A stretch of 64,000 nt of DNA from Candidatus Fermentibacteraceae bacterium (GCA_041750285.1 JBGSZS010000018.1:128001-192000); one strand, 5' to 3'; counted from the stretch's first letter, positions 36,049-46,203 are shown. A program made the numbers and translations. Notes: generated by a model from the letters alone, not told the origin.

Positions 36049-39000
36049 CTGACGGTCACCAGGGATGTCACCGGGTCCGGGTATGGCGAACTGGCTGCGA
36101 TCCTTACCGAAAGCGCCGCGCGCTTCTCATTGACTCCGGGGCTGGCCGTGGGCAGGACAGGCCGGCTGATCGAGGGCGAGAGGCGCCGGGTCACTGTCCT
36201 TTTCCTTGACCTGGTCGGCTTCACCAGCCTCGGTGCGGTTCTTGACCACGAACTGCTCCACGGGCTGACCAGCCGCGTCATGGGGCTGCTCTCCGCAGTG
36301 GTTTCGAGCTGCGGCGGCTATGTGGACAAGTTCGAGGGTGACCGGCTGATGGTGCTTTTCGGCGCCAGAACCGCATCCGAGAATGACAGTGCCCGTGCCG
36401 TCGCCTGCGCCCTCAAGCTTCTCGGTCTGATCACCGAACTTGCCCCCGTCATGGGCCTTTCCGCGAGGGTCGGCATTTCCTCGGGCCCGGTGACGGTTGC
36501 CCCCGATGCCGGCGGGCATCTGACAGCCATCGGTGCACCGGTGAACCTGGCATCCCGTCTGGAGGAGATGGCAGCTCCGGGATCGGCCCTTGTGGATTCG
36601 GGCGTGATGCGTGATTGCGGGGGGCTCTTCCTGTGGCGCGACGAGGGTGAGATCGAGGTGAGGGGGCTGAGGGAAACCATCCACGGGTATACGCCGCTCG
36701 AACCGGATCCCGCTCACCAGGAAAGATGGCGGGGGCGTTCCTTGTCTTCAGATGCGCGCATGGTGGGCAGAGACACCGAATTCGCTGATCTTTCCGCCAT
36801 CTGGGAGCGAGGTGCCCGCGGGCAGGCGAGCCCCTTCCTGGTGAGGATAACCGGTGAACCCGGCATCGGAAAATCCCGGCTTCTCCACAGGTTCCTTGCG
36901 GAAACCGGAAACGCCTGCATCCTGCACGGTCACACCAACCCGTTCGACCAGCCGCCCCTTCACCTATGGATCGGCCTTTTCCGCGATCACTTCGGCGTGG
37001 ACGGCAACAGCCGGGAACTGATTGACAATGCGCTTTCAGCTGCTGCCCGAAACTGCCGGAACCCCGATACGGCCCGCAACCTTCTTCAGGTGGCTCCCGT
37101 GCTGGCCTCTCTTCTCTGCCGGGAATGGAAGCCCGCCGGGGATGAGGGGGTCGAGGCAGGTGCAAGAAACTCCTCTGCGATACGGATACTCGTCGATGCA
37201 ATGCTCTCGGCCTCACCTCTGATCATCGCCCTGGAGGACATGCACTGGATGGATGAAGCCTCGCTTCACACCCTGAAACTCGTGCTTTCAGGAAAGGCGA
37301 ACGAAAACCCTCTGCTGGTTGTCACCACCGAGCGCCCGCAGGGTCTGAGGATCGACCACCCCGCGGCCTCCTCCTTCACAATATCGCTGGATTCGCTGCC
37401 AGACCAGGATATTCTGACCCTTGCCCTGCGCATCCTCTCGCCGGAAGGATCCGAAGGCGGCAGGCTCGACGGACGCGCGGGGCTTGTGATCACATGCGGA
37501 GCAAGGGGCAACCCCTTCTTCGCCGAGGAGCTTACCCTTGGCCTTCTCGACTCGGGCTGCATAAAGCCCGGGCCGGATGGCGAGTGGACGCTAACGGTTC
37601 CTCCCGAGGAAATCGCAGTACCCTCCTCGGTTCAGGCAATGGTTCAGACCCGGATAGACAGGCTCCCCCGCCGGGAGAGGGTTGTGCTGCAGTTCGCCTC
37701 GGTGCAGGGAAAGCTGTTTCGGAGCGATGTTCTCGAAGAGTCGGTTCTGGCCCACAATCCCCGGCTCGATGTGCGCGGCTCGATCGGGACCCTGGAAGCA
37801 ATGGGGTTCCTTTCCCGGGGCGAGGGGGGTGAATCCGCCTTCAGGCATGACCTGGTTCAAAAGGCTGCGTACGAGACCATGCTCCGCCACAACCGGCGGG
37901 TTATCCACCGCAGTGTGGCTGAAGTTCTGGAACGCCTGTCCCCCCCTGATCACCCGGCCACAGCCACCGCCCTTTTCCGTCACTGGCGCGGGGCGTGTGA
38001 CACCGAAAGGGCTCTCGAGTGGGCGCCGGCCGCCATGAGAACTGCGGAGAACGGGGGACAGGGCGAGGAGGCCCTGAGGATCTCGGACTGGATACTGGAA
38101 TCAACGGGAGGTGAAGCCACAGCGGCCCACTTCCACGCAAGGATGTCCGCCCTGGCGACAAAACAGGCCATCCTTTTCAGGGTCGGCAGGATGGAAGAGG
38201 CCACGGGGGTTGTTGAGGAGCTGCTTTCCGCCGGATCTGGAAACCCCCTGTGGGAAGCCGAAGGTCTCAGGGCGAAAGCAATAGGTCTTCACGAGTCGGG
38301 CAGCATGGATCAGGTCGAGAGCCTTCTTGAAATGGCGCTTTCGAAGGCGAGGGAAGCCTGTTCGGATGAGCTGGAAGGCAGGATCCTCTGCTCCCTGGCC
38401 AATTTTCACAGCGACACGGGACGGCTGGACGACGCGCTGGAGCTTTTCCGGCGCTCCCTGGCCATCCGGGAGAAAATCGGGGACACGGCGAAGACCGGTG
38501 TGATATTCAGCAACATGGCCAATCTCTACTCCAGGATGGGCAGCTACGGGATATCCGAGGAGTACTACCGCCGTGCGATCGGGGTCCATCTCGAGAGGGG
38601 CGACCGGGTGAGCCTCGGGTACGCAATGAACGGTCTGGCGATCTGCCTCGCCCGGGCGGGCAATCTGGCCGAAGCCGACGGCTGTTTCAGGAATGCCCTC
38701 GCGGCTCACACCGATACGGGGAACCGGCGGGAACAGGCCGCGGTTCTCACGAATCTCGGCACGGTGGCCAAGATCCGGGGAGACTATGAAACCTCGCTGG
38801 ATTTCAGGACACGTTCGCTGGCCATCGCCAGGGAGACGGGAGCCCCCGGTTCGATAGCCATAGCACTGCTCAACATCGGCAATCTCCGCCGGCTGATGGG
38901 TCATCCTGAGGAGACTTTCGCCTATTGCGACGAAGCCCTTTCCATCTGCGAAGAGATCAGGGACATGATGAGCGCATGTTTCTGCCTGAGCATCGAGGGG

Positions 39001-39177
39001 CTGGCCTGCCTAGACATGAACGATACGGAAGGGGCCGCTGAACTCCATGCGAGGGCGACGGCGATAATGGACGAGTATGGCATAAAGCCCGATGTCGTCG
39101 ACGATTACCATGAACTGCTGAAACGCATGAAGCAGACCGGCCTGAACCCCGTGTGCCCCAGGGGCTGGCAGGATTGA
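36049..39177 (+). CDS. Class III adenylate cyclase - AAA/STAND-type ATPase - TPR protein (start uncertain)
   Basis: VTVLFLDLVGFT, DKFEGD, VNLASRLE; MVGRDTE, Walker A GEPGIGKS, Walker B IALEDMHW, GNPFFAEE; C-terminal TPR repeats. Confidence 0.9.
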   Translation: MTVTRDVTGSGYGELAAILTESAARFSLTPGLAVGRTGRLIEGERRRVTVLFLDLVGFTSLGAVLDHELLHGLTSRVMGLLSAVVSSCGGYVDKFEGDRLMVLFGARTASENDSARAVACALKLLGLITELAPVMGLSARVGISSGPVTVAPDAGGHLTAIGAPVNLASRLEEMAAPGSALVDSGVMRDCGGLFLWRDEGEIEVRGLRETIHGYTPLEPDPAHQERWRGRSLSSDARMVGRDTEFADLSAIWERGARGQASPFLVRITGEPGIGKSRLLHRFLAETGNACILHGHTNPFDQPPLHLWIGLFRDHFGVDGNSRELIDNALSAAARNCRNPDTARNLLQVAPVLASLLCREWKPAGDEGVEAGARNSSAIRILVDAMLSASPLIIALEDMHWMDEASLHTLKLVLSGKANENPLLVVTTERPQGLRIDHPAASSFTISLDSLPDQDILTLALRILSPEGSEGGRLDGRAGLVITCGARGNPFFAEELTLGLLDSGCIKPGPDGEWTLTVPPEEIAVPSSVQAMVQTRIDRLPRRERVVLQFASVQGKLFRSDVLEESVLAHNPRLDVRGSIGTLEAMGFLSRGEGGESAFRHDLVQKAAYETMLRHNRRVIHRSVAEVLERLSPPDHPATATALFRHWRGACDTERALEWAPAAMRTAENGGQGEEALRISDWILESTGGEATAAHFHARMSALATKQAILFRVGRMEEATGVVEELLSAGSGNPLWEAEGLRAKAIGLHESGSMDQVESLLEMALSKAREACSDELEGRILCSLANFHSDTGRLDDALELFRRSLAIREKIGDTAKTGVIFSNMANLYSRMGSYGISEEYYRRAIGVHLERGDRVSLGYAMNGLAICLARAGNLAEADGCFRNALAAHTDTGNRREQAAVLTNLGTVAKIRGDYETSLDFRTRSLAIARETGAPGSIAIALLNIGNLRRLMGHPEETFAYCDEALSICEEIRDMMSACFCLSIEGLACLDMNDTEGAAELHARATAIMDEYGIKPDVVDDYHELLKRMKQTGLNPVCPRGWQD

Positions 39178-39179
39178 GA

Positions 39180-39204
39180 GGGGGCGCCCCGGGTGGGCGC
39201 CCCC
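39180..39204. terminator. Hairpin between convergent genes
   Basis: GGGGGCGCCC-CGGGT-GGGCGCCCCC. Confidence 0.6.
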
Positions 39205-39220
39205 AAACCGGAAGAAGGCC

Positions 39221-40348
39221 CTATTTCTCGATCAGTTCCACGTTGGCGCGTGGAACGATTGCTCTGCCGCCTTCCTCGAACTCGACTTCGAGAACCCTCA
39301 CCTTGGCTTCGGAGTCAACCACCTTCAGTTCGGGTGGAAGGGCGGTGACCTTGCCGAGTTTGCCGAAGTGGGGGGCGCGGATGCAGCGTATGAAGCTTCC
39401 CAGGTCCATGGCTCCGGCCTGGTGGGTCTGATCCACCTTTTCGATCATGGAGGCCGGGAGGGGAATAACGACTTCGGGACGCATGACGCCCGCACGGATC
39501 TGGGTGGCCCCGTTCACGCTGGCCATCATGCCCTCCCTGGACTTGAGAAGGTCGAACGTGCCGTGGGCCATTGTCATGCGGCCGAAGCCCTCGGTAAGGA
39601 TGAGGGTGATCCCCTTTTTCTCGTGGCCCGTGATGGCCACGCCCAGGTCGTACCCCAGCAGGTCCTTGAGGTCCTTGTCGTCGAAACCTCCCACCACCAC
39701 GGCCCTGACGCCCTGCGCGATGGCCCTGCGGAGCGTGGCGTTGCTTATGTAGCTTCCGCCCACGAGGATCTTGCCGGCGCATTCCGGCGTTATGCGGTCT
39801 GGCATGACCTCCTGGTCGGGGCTGTCGACTATCGTCCTGAGCTCGCCCCTGACCTCTCCGCCTATGCCGAAGATCCCCTGCACGAAGGTGCAGTGAGTGC
39901 TTATGACAACGCCTTCCTCGGGCAGCACCTCATCCACGGTGCCGTTCACGTAGGCGTCGATCTGAACGGGAATGGGCGGCTCGCGGAGAACGGCCTGGCC
40001 GGTTATCTCGTTGAAGGTCTCGAAGAAGCCGGTGATCGGGGAGCGAACCGTGTTCCTGAAGAATCTTCCGAAAAGCCCCTTGGACTGGGCCAGCACGCCC
40101 TTCTCCTCGATGGGGTCGCCCTCCTTCACGTGGAGGAGTTCGTAGATGTCCTGCGAGGGCACGCCGAGGATGTTGGCTATGTTCAGCATCTTGACGTTGC
40201 CCGGAAGCTCGGTGCGGGCCACCACTGTGTCGGCGCTTACTATGTCGCCCTTCTTCACCAGCACCTGTCCCTTGAGGGGAAGCCTGCGGGTCTTGAGAAT
40301 GTCCGCGACCGCTGCCACACGCAAACCCGGAGTGTATGCGAAAGCCAT
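39221..40348 (-). CDS. Conserved hypothetical protein accompanying the GlmL-like ATPase (barrel-sandwich-hybrid-like repeats, C-terminal KOW/SH3-like region)
   Basis: AYTPGLRV; two VxxGDxVxxxxVxA-type repeats; VQGIFGIGGE; LTEGFG; RCIRAPHFGKLGKV...VPRANVE; TAATG overlap. Confidence 0.75.
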   Translation of the reverse strand: MAFAYTPGLRVAAVADILKTRRLPLKGQVLVKKGDIVSADTVVARTELPGNVKMLNIANILGVPSQDIYELLHVKEGDPIEEKGVLAQSKGLFGRFFRNTVRSPITGFFETFNEITGQAVLREPPIPVQIDAYVNGTVDEVLPEEGVVISTHCTFVQGIFGIGGEVRGELRTIVDSPDQEVMPDRITPECAGKILVGGSYISNATLRRAIAQGVRAVVVGGFDDKDLKDLLGYDLGVAITGHEKKGITLILTEGFGRMTMAHGTFDLLKSREGMMASVNGATQIRAGVMRPEVVIPLPASMIEKVDQTHQAGAMDLGSFIRCIRAPHFGKLGKVTALPPELKVVDSEAKVRVLEVEFEEGGRAIVPRANVELIEK

Positions 40349-42216
40349 TACCTGCCACCTCCCAGGCTGAGGAAACGCTCAGGATAGGTGTTCAGGGCAG
40401 CCGACCACTCCTGCAGCTTCTCCACCCTCTTCACATCGTCTTCGGGAAGGTTGAAGGGCCTGCGGCCCCTTCCGTCCAGCACCAGCCCGACAACGCCGCC
40501 CTCGAGGGTTCCCGTCCAGGTCCTTCCGGGGCCTTCGCCCACGTCGAGCCCCTTCGCGGGAACGATTTCCGCGCTGACCTTCTCTCCCGTACCCAGGGGG
40601 ATCAGTTTCATGACTCCGGAGTTTATGCCCTCGGTCCTTGTCGAGCCGTCGGGCATGGTCATTCTCACCTCGGCCAGCGGGCCTCCCCGCTTCACCGGAC
40701 CCGCCGGGGCAACGCAGTGTCCGAGCTTTATGAGGCAGTCGTTGTCGAAGACCTCGGTTGCGGCCTGTGGATGGACCTCGCTGAGCACTCCAAGATGGGG
40801 CATCATGAAGATCGAGTCGACCGCCAGCATGGTCACGCCCTCCGGAAGGAAGCTGTCGATGAGCATGTGGGCGGTCTGGCACCTGCGGGGAGCGTGGCTC
40901 AGAACGCCTCCCGACCCTATGAGAAGGTCGAGAGCCATCATGTCCACCAGGGTTGCGCCCGACGAGCTCTGGTCGAAGGCGTCACCGATGGTCCTTTCCT
41001 GGGCGACTCCCTTCAGCCCCACGGCAAGCTCCCTGTGCTGAACCAGCGCAAGCCTCAGGGCCTCGCGTGCTATCGCCTGCTCGATGATGAGCTCCTCAAG
41101 CTCCTGCGGGATCGTGGTGGGCCTGATCATCTTGTTGCGGATGCGGTTGCGCAGGTCGGCCTCGTCCATGTGGAACGGAACCCAGCGCATGACGTTCTCC
41201 ATCCCGGCGCTTGCCAGGACGTTGCTCACCGAGTAGCTCATGCCGAGGTTGGCGCTGACGGTCCGGTTGAACACGGGCTGTCCCTCGCTGTCGAACACAC
41301 TGAAGACGTCAGTGGTAGCTCCGCCGATATCAACACCCATCACATGGATGTTCAACTGCCCTGCAACCGTCTCGATCAGTTTCCCCACAGCGCCGGGAGT
41401 GGGCATGATCGGAACGTTGCGCCATTTCCCGTTCTCGTACAGACCCGTCCACTCCATCAGTTTTGCGTAGCCTGGAGCCTGTGCCATCACGTGCTCCATG
41501 AAGAGCTCGTGGATCGTGTCGCGGGCGGGGCTCAGATTCTCCCGTTCAAGCACGGGGCGCAGGTTGTCAACGATCTTGAGCTCGACGGTCTCGCCGAGCT
41601 GGTCGGCAACAGCCTTCCTGGCATCCTTGTTGCCGGCGTAGATGACGGGAAGCTTGTAGCCCACACCAAACCTGGGTTTGGGGTCGGCGGCGCGGATGAT
41701 CTCGGCAAGCTCCACAACATGGTCCATCGTGCCGCCGTCGATACCGCCGGAGAGAAGGATCATGTCGGGGCGAAGGCGGCGGATGTCGGCCACCTTCTCG
41801 TGGGGGAGCCTTCCGTCGTTGGAGGCCACCACGTCCATCACTATCGCGCCCGCGCCAAGAGCAGCCCTTTGCGCGCTCTCGCCGGTCATGGATTTAACCA
41901 CGCCAGCCACCGTCATCTGAAGACCGCCGCCCGCGGAGGATGTGGAGCAGTAAACGTCCACGCCCCTGCCGTCCTCCGAAACCAGGACCCCGTCCTTCTC
42001 GTCGTTAAGGAACTGCCTTCCCTCGAGATCCTCGATCTCGCCAACCGCGTTGAGAACGCCCTTTGTCACGTCCTCCGCAGGCGCCTCCACGGTCGTCGGG
42101 GCCTCACCGCGGCGTATCAGCCTGTACCGGCCGTCACGCCACTCGATGAGTATCGACTTGGTGGTGGTGCTGCCGCAGTCAGTCGCCAGGATGCTCTTGA
42201 TTTCCCTCGCGGCCAC
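40348..42216 (-). CDS. GlmL/MutL-like (glutamate mutase accessory) ASKHA-fold ATPase
   Basis: TDCGSTTTK; TSSAGGGL; SAQRAALGAGA; LLSGGIDGG; YAGN; MPTPGAV; VDIGGATTDVFS; IGSGGVLSHAP. Confidence 0.85.
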   Translation of the reverse strand: MAAREIKSILATDCGSTTTKSILIEWRDGRYRLIRRGEAPTTVEAPAEDVTKGVLNAVGEIEDLEGRQFLNDEKDGVLVSEDGRGVDVYCSTSSAGGGLQMTVAGVVKSMTGESAQRAALGAGAIVMDVVASNDGRLPHEKVADIRRLRPDMILLSGGIDGGTMDHVVELAEIIRAADPKPRFGVGYKLPVIYAGNKDARKAVADQLGETVELKIVDNLRPVLERENLSPARDTIHELFMEHVMAQAPGYAKLMEWTGLYENGKWRNVPIMPTPGAVGKLIETVAGQLNIHVMGVDIGGATTDVFSVFDSEGQPVFNRTVSANLGMSYSVSNVLASAGMENVMRWVPFHMDEADLRNRIRNKMIRPTTIPQELEELIIEQAIAREALRLALVQHRELAVGLKGVAQERTIGDAFDQSSSGATLVDMMALDLLIGSGGVLSHAPRRCQTAHMLIDSFLPEGVTMLAVDSIFMMPHLGVLSEVHPQAATEVFDNDCLIKLGHCVAPAGPVKRGGPLAEVRMTMPDGSTRTEGINSGVMKLIPLGTGEKVSAEIVPAKGLDVGEGPGRTWTGTLEGGVVGLVLDGRGRRPFNLPEDDVKRVEKLQEWSAALNTYPERFLSLGGGR

Positions 42217-42625
42217 TGCCGTCCTCCTTCAGTTCGTTGTCCCGCCCGGTTCCGTCCTTGCCGGAGAAAAGCCCGCGGCGTTTCCGGCGTGCCGGCCCCG
42301 CCGCTTTCCTCCTGGTGGCATCCCGGGCGTTCTCCTCCTCTATGGCTACTGCAAGCTTCTCGATGTTATCGCGCTCTTCCATCAGGCGAACGAAACGGTA
42401 ATAGTCCCCGGAAGATACAACAAGCGATACGATGGGGTTCAAAAAAACAAGGGCCTGGCTTCCCAGGAACGACAGTGGTTTCACCATCTCCAGAAGCATG
42501 ATGGCCGGAACGGTCATCTCCCTTTCAACGATTTTCTTCGCTATCTTTTCGAACAGTTCCGCCGCAGCTTCCGGCGTGTCGTTCTTATAGTCCTCGGGGT
42601 TCAACCCTGGTCCGAATAAATTCAA
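42179..42625 (-). CDS. Conserved hypothetical protein
   Basis: EKIAKKIVEREMTVPAIMLLEMVKPLSFLGSQ; overlaps both neighbours in the operon. Confidence 0.7.
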   Translation of the reverse strand: MNLFGPGLNPEDYKNDTPEAAAELFEKIAKKIVEREMTVPAIMLLEMVKPLSFLGSQALVFLNPIVSLVVSSGDYYRFVRLMEERDNIEKLAVAIEEENARDATRRKAAGPARRKRRGLFSGKDGTGRDNELKEDGSGREGNQEHPGD

Positions 42626-43025
42626 GAACTTCCTTCCTGTTCCCTGAAAACTGCAGTGACAGCCCCCGGAACTTGGCGAGCCTTGTCGGCGTGGGGAAAG
42701 GGCTCAGAAGAACACCGTTCCTGTCGGGGATGACACTTTTCACCTGGCTCCAGCCCCTGCTCTCGGTTCCGAAAACCGACTTCTTGCAGGCGCCCTTTTC
42801 GTCGAGGGTGTACAGGGCGGGCAGAAACCAGTTCCACATCGCCAGAAAAAGAAGCCCGCACCCGAGAACACCCCACCAGAGGTTCTCCATGAAAAGCGCC
42901 GCGGCAAGTGAAGAGACGAGTATCATGGCGACGAGTGCAACGGTGCCCCATGGTCTTTCCCTTGCGGGGTGGGAGGTCCATCGAAGGACCTCCCCGCCCC
43001 CGGAAGCTTCAGCGCCGCAGGTCAG
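42585..43025 (-). CDS. Hypothetical two-TM protein with PH-like C-terminal region (probable CTG start)
   Basis: Frame is open upstream of the track ATG (42926) through LRWTSHPARERP to a CTG at 43025 overlapping the gcvPB stop; FLPALYTLDE; LLSPFPTPTRLAKFRGL. Confidence 0.6.
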   Translation of the reverse strand: MTCGAEASGGGEVLRWTSHPARERPWGTVALVAMILVSSLAAALFMENLWWGVLGCGLLFLAMWNWFLPALYTLDEKGACKKSVFGTESRGWSQVKSVIPDRNGVLLSPFPTPTRLAKFRGLSLQFSGNRKEVLEFIRTRVEPRGL

Positions 43026-44467
43026 GATTCCTCCCGCGGTTCGACAACGACAAGTTCCTTGGCGGCCTTGACCTCGTCAAGTCTGAGCACCGGCGTGTTC
43101 ACCGGGGCGTCAGTGAGAAGGTGGGGCTTCTCCCGGGCTTCCCTGGCGATGGCGATGAGCGCTTCGGCGAACTCGTCGATACTCTCCATCGTTTCGGTTT
43201 CGGTCGGCTCCATCATGAGGGCTTCCTTCACTATGAGAGGAAAGTAGACCGTGGGAGCATGGAAACCGTAATCAAGCAGCCTCTTGGCCACATCGAGCGT
43301 CTTCAGGCCGAGCCCGGCCATCTCGGGGCCGCCCGCCACGAATTCGTGCATGCAGGGGCCGTTGTCGAAGGGAACGGGATAATGCCCCCTGAGCCTCGCC
43401 TTCAGGTAGTTGGCGTTCACCACAGCGCCCTCGGTGACCTCGCGCAACCCCGCGGCGCCAAGCGTCATGATGTACGCGTAGGCCCTGTAGAGAACGCCGA
43501 CGTTGCCGTGGAAGGCCATGAGCCTGCCGAATGACGTGTTGCCCATGCCGGAGAGGGCGTAGCCGTCATTGTTCTTCACGACGACGGGGTTGGGAAGGTA
43601 TGGCTCGAGCCTTTCGTTGCAGCACACCGGTCCAGAACCCGGACCCCCACCCCCGTGCGGGGTGCTGAAGGTCTTGTGAAGGTTGAGGTGGCAGACGTCG
43701 AAGCCCATGTCACCGGGACGGGCAACACCCAGCATGGCGTTCATGTTGGCGCCGTCCATGTAGTTGAGACCGCCGGCCCTGTGAACGGCCTCGGTGATCT
43801 CGAGTATGTTGCTGTCGAACAGGCCGAGGGTGTTGGGGTTGGTCAGCATCAGAGCGGCGGTGTCGGGGCCGACCTTCGCCTTCACGTCTTCAACGTCGAC
43901 CATTCCGTGATCGTTGGATTTCACGGGCACGACCTTCATCCCGGCCATGGTGCTCGTGGCAGGGTTCGTGCCGTGGGCGCTGTCGGGCATGAGCACCTTG
44001 TCCCGGCCCGGTTCCCCGGCGGCGAGGTGTGCGCTTCTGATTAGCATGAGGCCGGTGAACTCGCCCTGGGCGCCGGCGGCAGGCTGAAGGGTCACGCCGC
44101 TGAAGCCGGTTATCTCGCAAAGGCATGTTCCCAGGGCGTGCATGAGCTCTAGCGTGCCCTGTACGGTGTGGTCGGGCGAGAGCGGATGCAGAGCCGCGAG
44201 CCCGGGTATCCTGGCAAGGGCTTCGTGAAGCCTGGGGTTGTACTTCATGGTGCACGACCCCAGCGGATAGATGCCCTTCTCGATGTTGTAGTTCCTGTTG
44301 GAAAGCCTTACGAAATGCCTCATGACCTGTCCCTCGGTGACCTGGGGCAGACCTATCTCACCGGTTCTGGCCAGATCATTGGGGATCTCGGTCTCCGGGA
44401 CGTCGCACTCGGGCAGCGAAACACCGATCCTGCCCGGACAACTGATGGCAAAAAGCGTCTTCTCCAT
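43022..44467 (-). CDS. gcvPB: Glycine dehydrogenase subunit 2
   Basis: YPLGSCTMKYNP; QPAAGAQGE; SAHGTNPA; HLNLHKTFSTPHGGGGPG. Confidence 0.96.
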   Translation of the reverse strand: MEKTLFAISCPGRIGVSLPECDVPETEIPNDLARTGEIGLPQVTEGQVMRHFVRLSNRNYNIEKGIYPLGSCTMKYNPRLHEALARIPGLAALHPLSPDHTVQGTLELMHALGTCLCEITGFSGVTLQPAAGAQGEFTGLMLIRSAHLAAGEPGRDKVLMPDSAHGTNPATSTMAGMKVVPVKSNDHGMVDVEDVKAKVGPDTAALMLTNPNTLGLFDSNILEITEAVHRAGGLNYMDGANMNAMLGVARPGDMGFDVCHLNLHKTFSTPHGGGGPGSGPVCCNERLEPYLPNPVVVKNNDGYALSGMGNTSFGRLMAFHGNVGVLYRAYAYIMTLGAAGLREVTEGAVVNANYLKARLRGHYPVPFDNGPCMHEFVAGGPEMAGLGLKTLDVAKRLLDYGFHAPTVYFPLIVKEALMMEPTETETMESIDEFAEALIAIAREAREKPHLLTDAPVNTPVLRLDEVKAAKELVVVEPREES

Positions 44468-45810
44468 CAGCGCACCTCCCCGCATGCCTTCGAGAAAGCT
44501 CCGATGAAGGCATCCATCTCTTCCCTGGTCCTCTTCTCCGTGACTGCGAAAAGCATGGCGTCGTTGCCCAGACCCGGGACGGGAAGGCCCGGGAGGAACC
44601 CGGCGGACAGGAGCCTGTCCTCGAATTCGAAGGCGTCGCCGGGTAGCCTCAGCGCAAACTCCCTTACGAAGGGTGCGCTGAATATCCGCCTGGCCCCGGC
44701 CTTTACGAGACCGGCCTCGAGGTAGTGCGCCTTGTGATGGCACTGCCGGGCTATCTCCCTGAACCCGGCCTCGCCGGTGAGTGAGAGGTAGACGGCGTTG
44801 GCGAGTGCCATGAGGGCCTGGTTGGTGCAGATGTTGCTTGTCGCCTTCTCGCGGCGGATGTGCTGCTCGCGGGTCTGAAGTGTCATGACGTAACCGGTGT
44901 TGCCGGCCCTGTCTTCGGTGCGGCCGATGATCCGGCCCGGCATCTTGCGAAGGTGTGCCGTGGAAGTTGCAAGAAAGCCCGCGTACGGACCGCCGAAGCC
45001 CATCGGTATCCCGAGGGGTTGCCCGTCGCCCACCACAATGTCTGCGCCGAGCGCGCCGGGTGCCTGGATGACGCCAAGACTTATGGGGTCGGCAACGACT
45101 ACAAGAAGTGCATTGTTGGCGCGGGCTGTCTCCGATGCAAGGGCGATGTTCTCGACCAGGCCGAAGTAGTTGGGGCTCTGAACCACCATTGCGGCCGCGC
45201 CACCCTGAATGAGGGTGCGGACGGCTCCAGGGTCGAGAAGGCCGTCGGGGCCGAAGGGGATCTCGTTGATCTGAAAACCGCCGGGGACGAGGTAGGTTTC
45301 GATGACTTCGCGGTACGACGGATTGAGGCTGCCGGCAACAAGCACCCTGTTCACTCCCGTGACCCGCATGGCCATCAGGGCGGCTTCCGCGGTTGCGCTT
45401 GCCCCGTCATACATTCCGGCATTGGCGGCCTCGGTTCCGCAGAGCCGGGCGATCATGGTCTGGTATTCGAAAATGGCCTGCAGCGTGCCCTGGCTTACCT
45501 CGGCCTGGTACGGGGTGTACGCAGTAAAGAACTCGCTGCGGGTGAGGATGCTGTCTACCGCAGCCGGAATGAAGTGATCGTAGGAACCCGCGCCCCTGAA
45601 ACACACCAGCTCGTGTGAGGTATTGCTTTTCGCGAGCCGTGCGTATTCCCGGACGAGTTCCATCTCCGACATGGCCGGTGGAAGGTTGAGAAGACCCCTC
45701 ATCCGGACTTTTTCGGGAACGGGAGTGAAAAGGTCTTCAACCCTTTTCACGCCGATCTCTGTCAGCATCCGGTCTCTCAGGGTCCTGCAGTTTGGGACGA
45801 ACCTGTTCAT
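44467..45810 (-). CDS. gcvPA: Glycine dehydrogenase subunit 1
   Basis: TAYTPYQAEVSQGTLQAIFEYQ; TREQHIRREKATSNICTNQ. Confidence 0.96.
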   Translation of the reverse strand: MNRFVPNCRTLRDRMLTEIGVKRVEDLFTPVPEKVRMRGLLNLPPAMSEMELVREYARLAKSNTSHELVCFRGAGSYDHFIPAAVDSILTRSEFFTAYTPYQAEVSQGTLQAIFEYQTMIARLCGTEAANAGMYDGASATAEAALMAMRVTGVNRVLVAGSLNPSYREVIETYLVPGGFQINEIPFGPDGLLDPGAVRTLIQGGAAAMVVQSPNYFGLVENIALASETARANNALLVVVADPISLGVIQAPGALGADIVVGDGQPLGIPMGFGGPYAGFLATSTAHLRKMPGRIIGRTEDRAGNTGYVMTLQTREQHIRREKATSNICTNQALMALANAVYLSLTGEAGFREIARQCHHKAHYLEAGLVKAGARRIFSAPFVREFALRLPGDAFEFEDRLLSAGFLPGLPVPGLGNDAMLFAVTEKRTREEMDAFIGAFSKACGEVR

Positions 45811-45819
45811 TTGTCGCCG

Positions 45820-46203
45820 CTACTCCCCGGCAAGGGTGCGGTACTGGTCCGGGGAGAGCAACTCGTCGTACTGGGCCGGATCAACCGCCCTGATTACGAC
45901 AAGCCAGCCTTCGCCGTAGGGGTCTTCGTTCACAAGACCGGGATTGCCGTCGAGTTCGCCGTTCACTTTCACGACCTTGCCGTCGAGGGGGGCGTAGAAG
46001 TCCTCGGCGGTTTTGACGGCCTCGATGGCGCCAAGGGCTTCTCCGCGGACCGCCTGGGCTCCCTGTGCGGGAAGTTCGACCATCACGATCTCACCCATTT
46101 CGTGCTGGGCGTGATCGGTGATGCCCATGATGTAGTCTTCGCCGTCCTTCTTCACCCACTCGTGGCTCTCGGTGTAGCGGATACCTTCGTCGATTCTGCT
46201 CAT
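45820..46203 (-). CDS. gcvH: Glycine cleavage system H protein
   Basis: YTESHEWV; GITDHAQ; EAVKTAED (lipoyl-Lys); NEDPYGEGW. Confidence 0.96.
   Translation of the reverse strand: MSRIDEGIRYTESHEWVKKDGEDYIMGITDHAQHEMGEIVMVELPAQGAQAVRGEALGAIEAVKTAEDFYAPLDGKVVKVNGELDGNPGLVNEDPYGEGWLVVIRAVDPAQYDELLSPDQYRTLAGE

Noticed and set aside
22200..39200. Integrative element or prophage explaining the accessory block
   Set aside because: No integrase, transposase, phage genes, tRNA or flanking direct repeats seen
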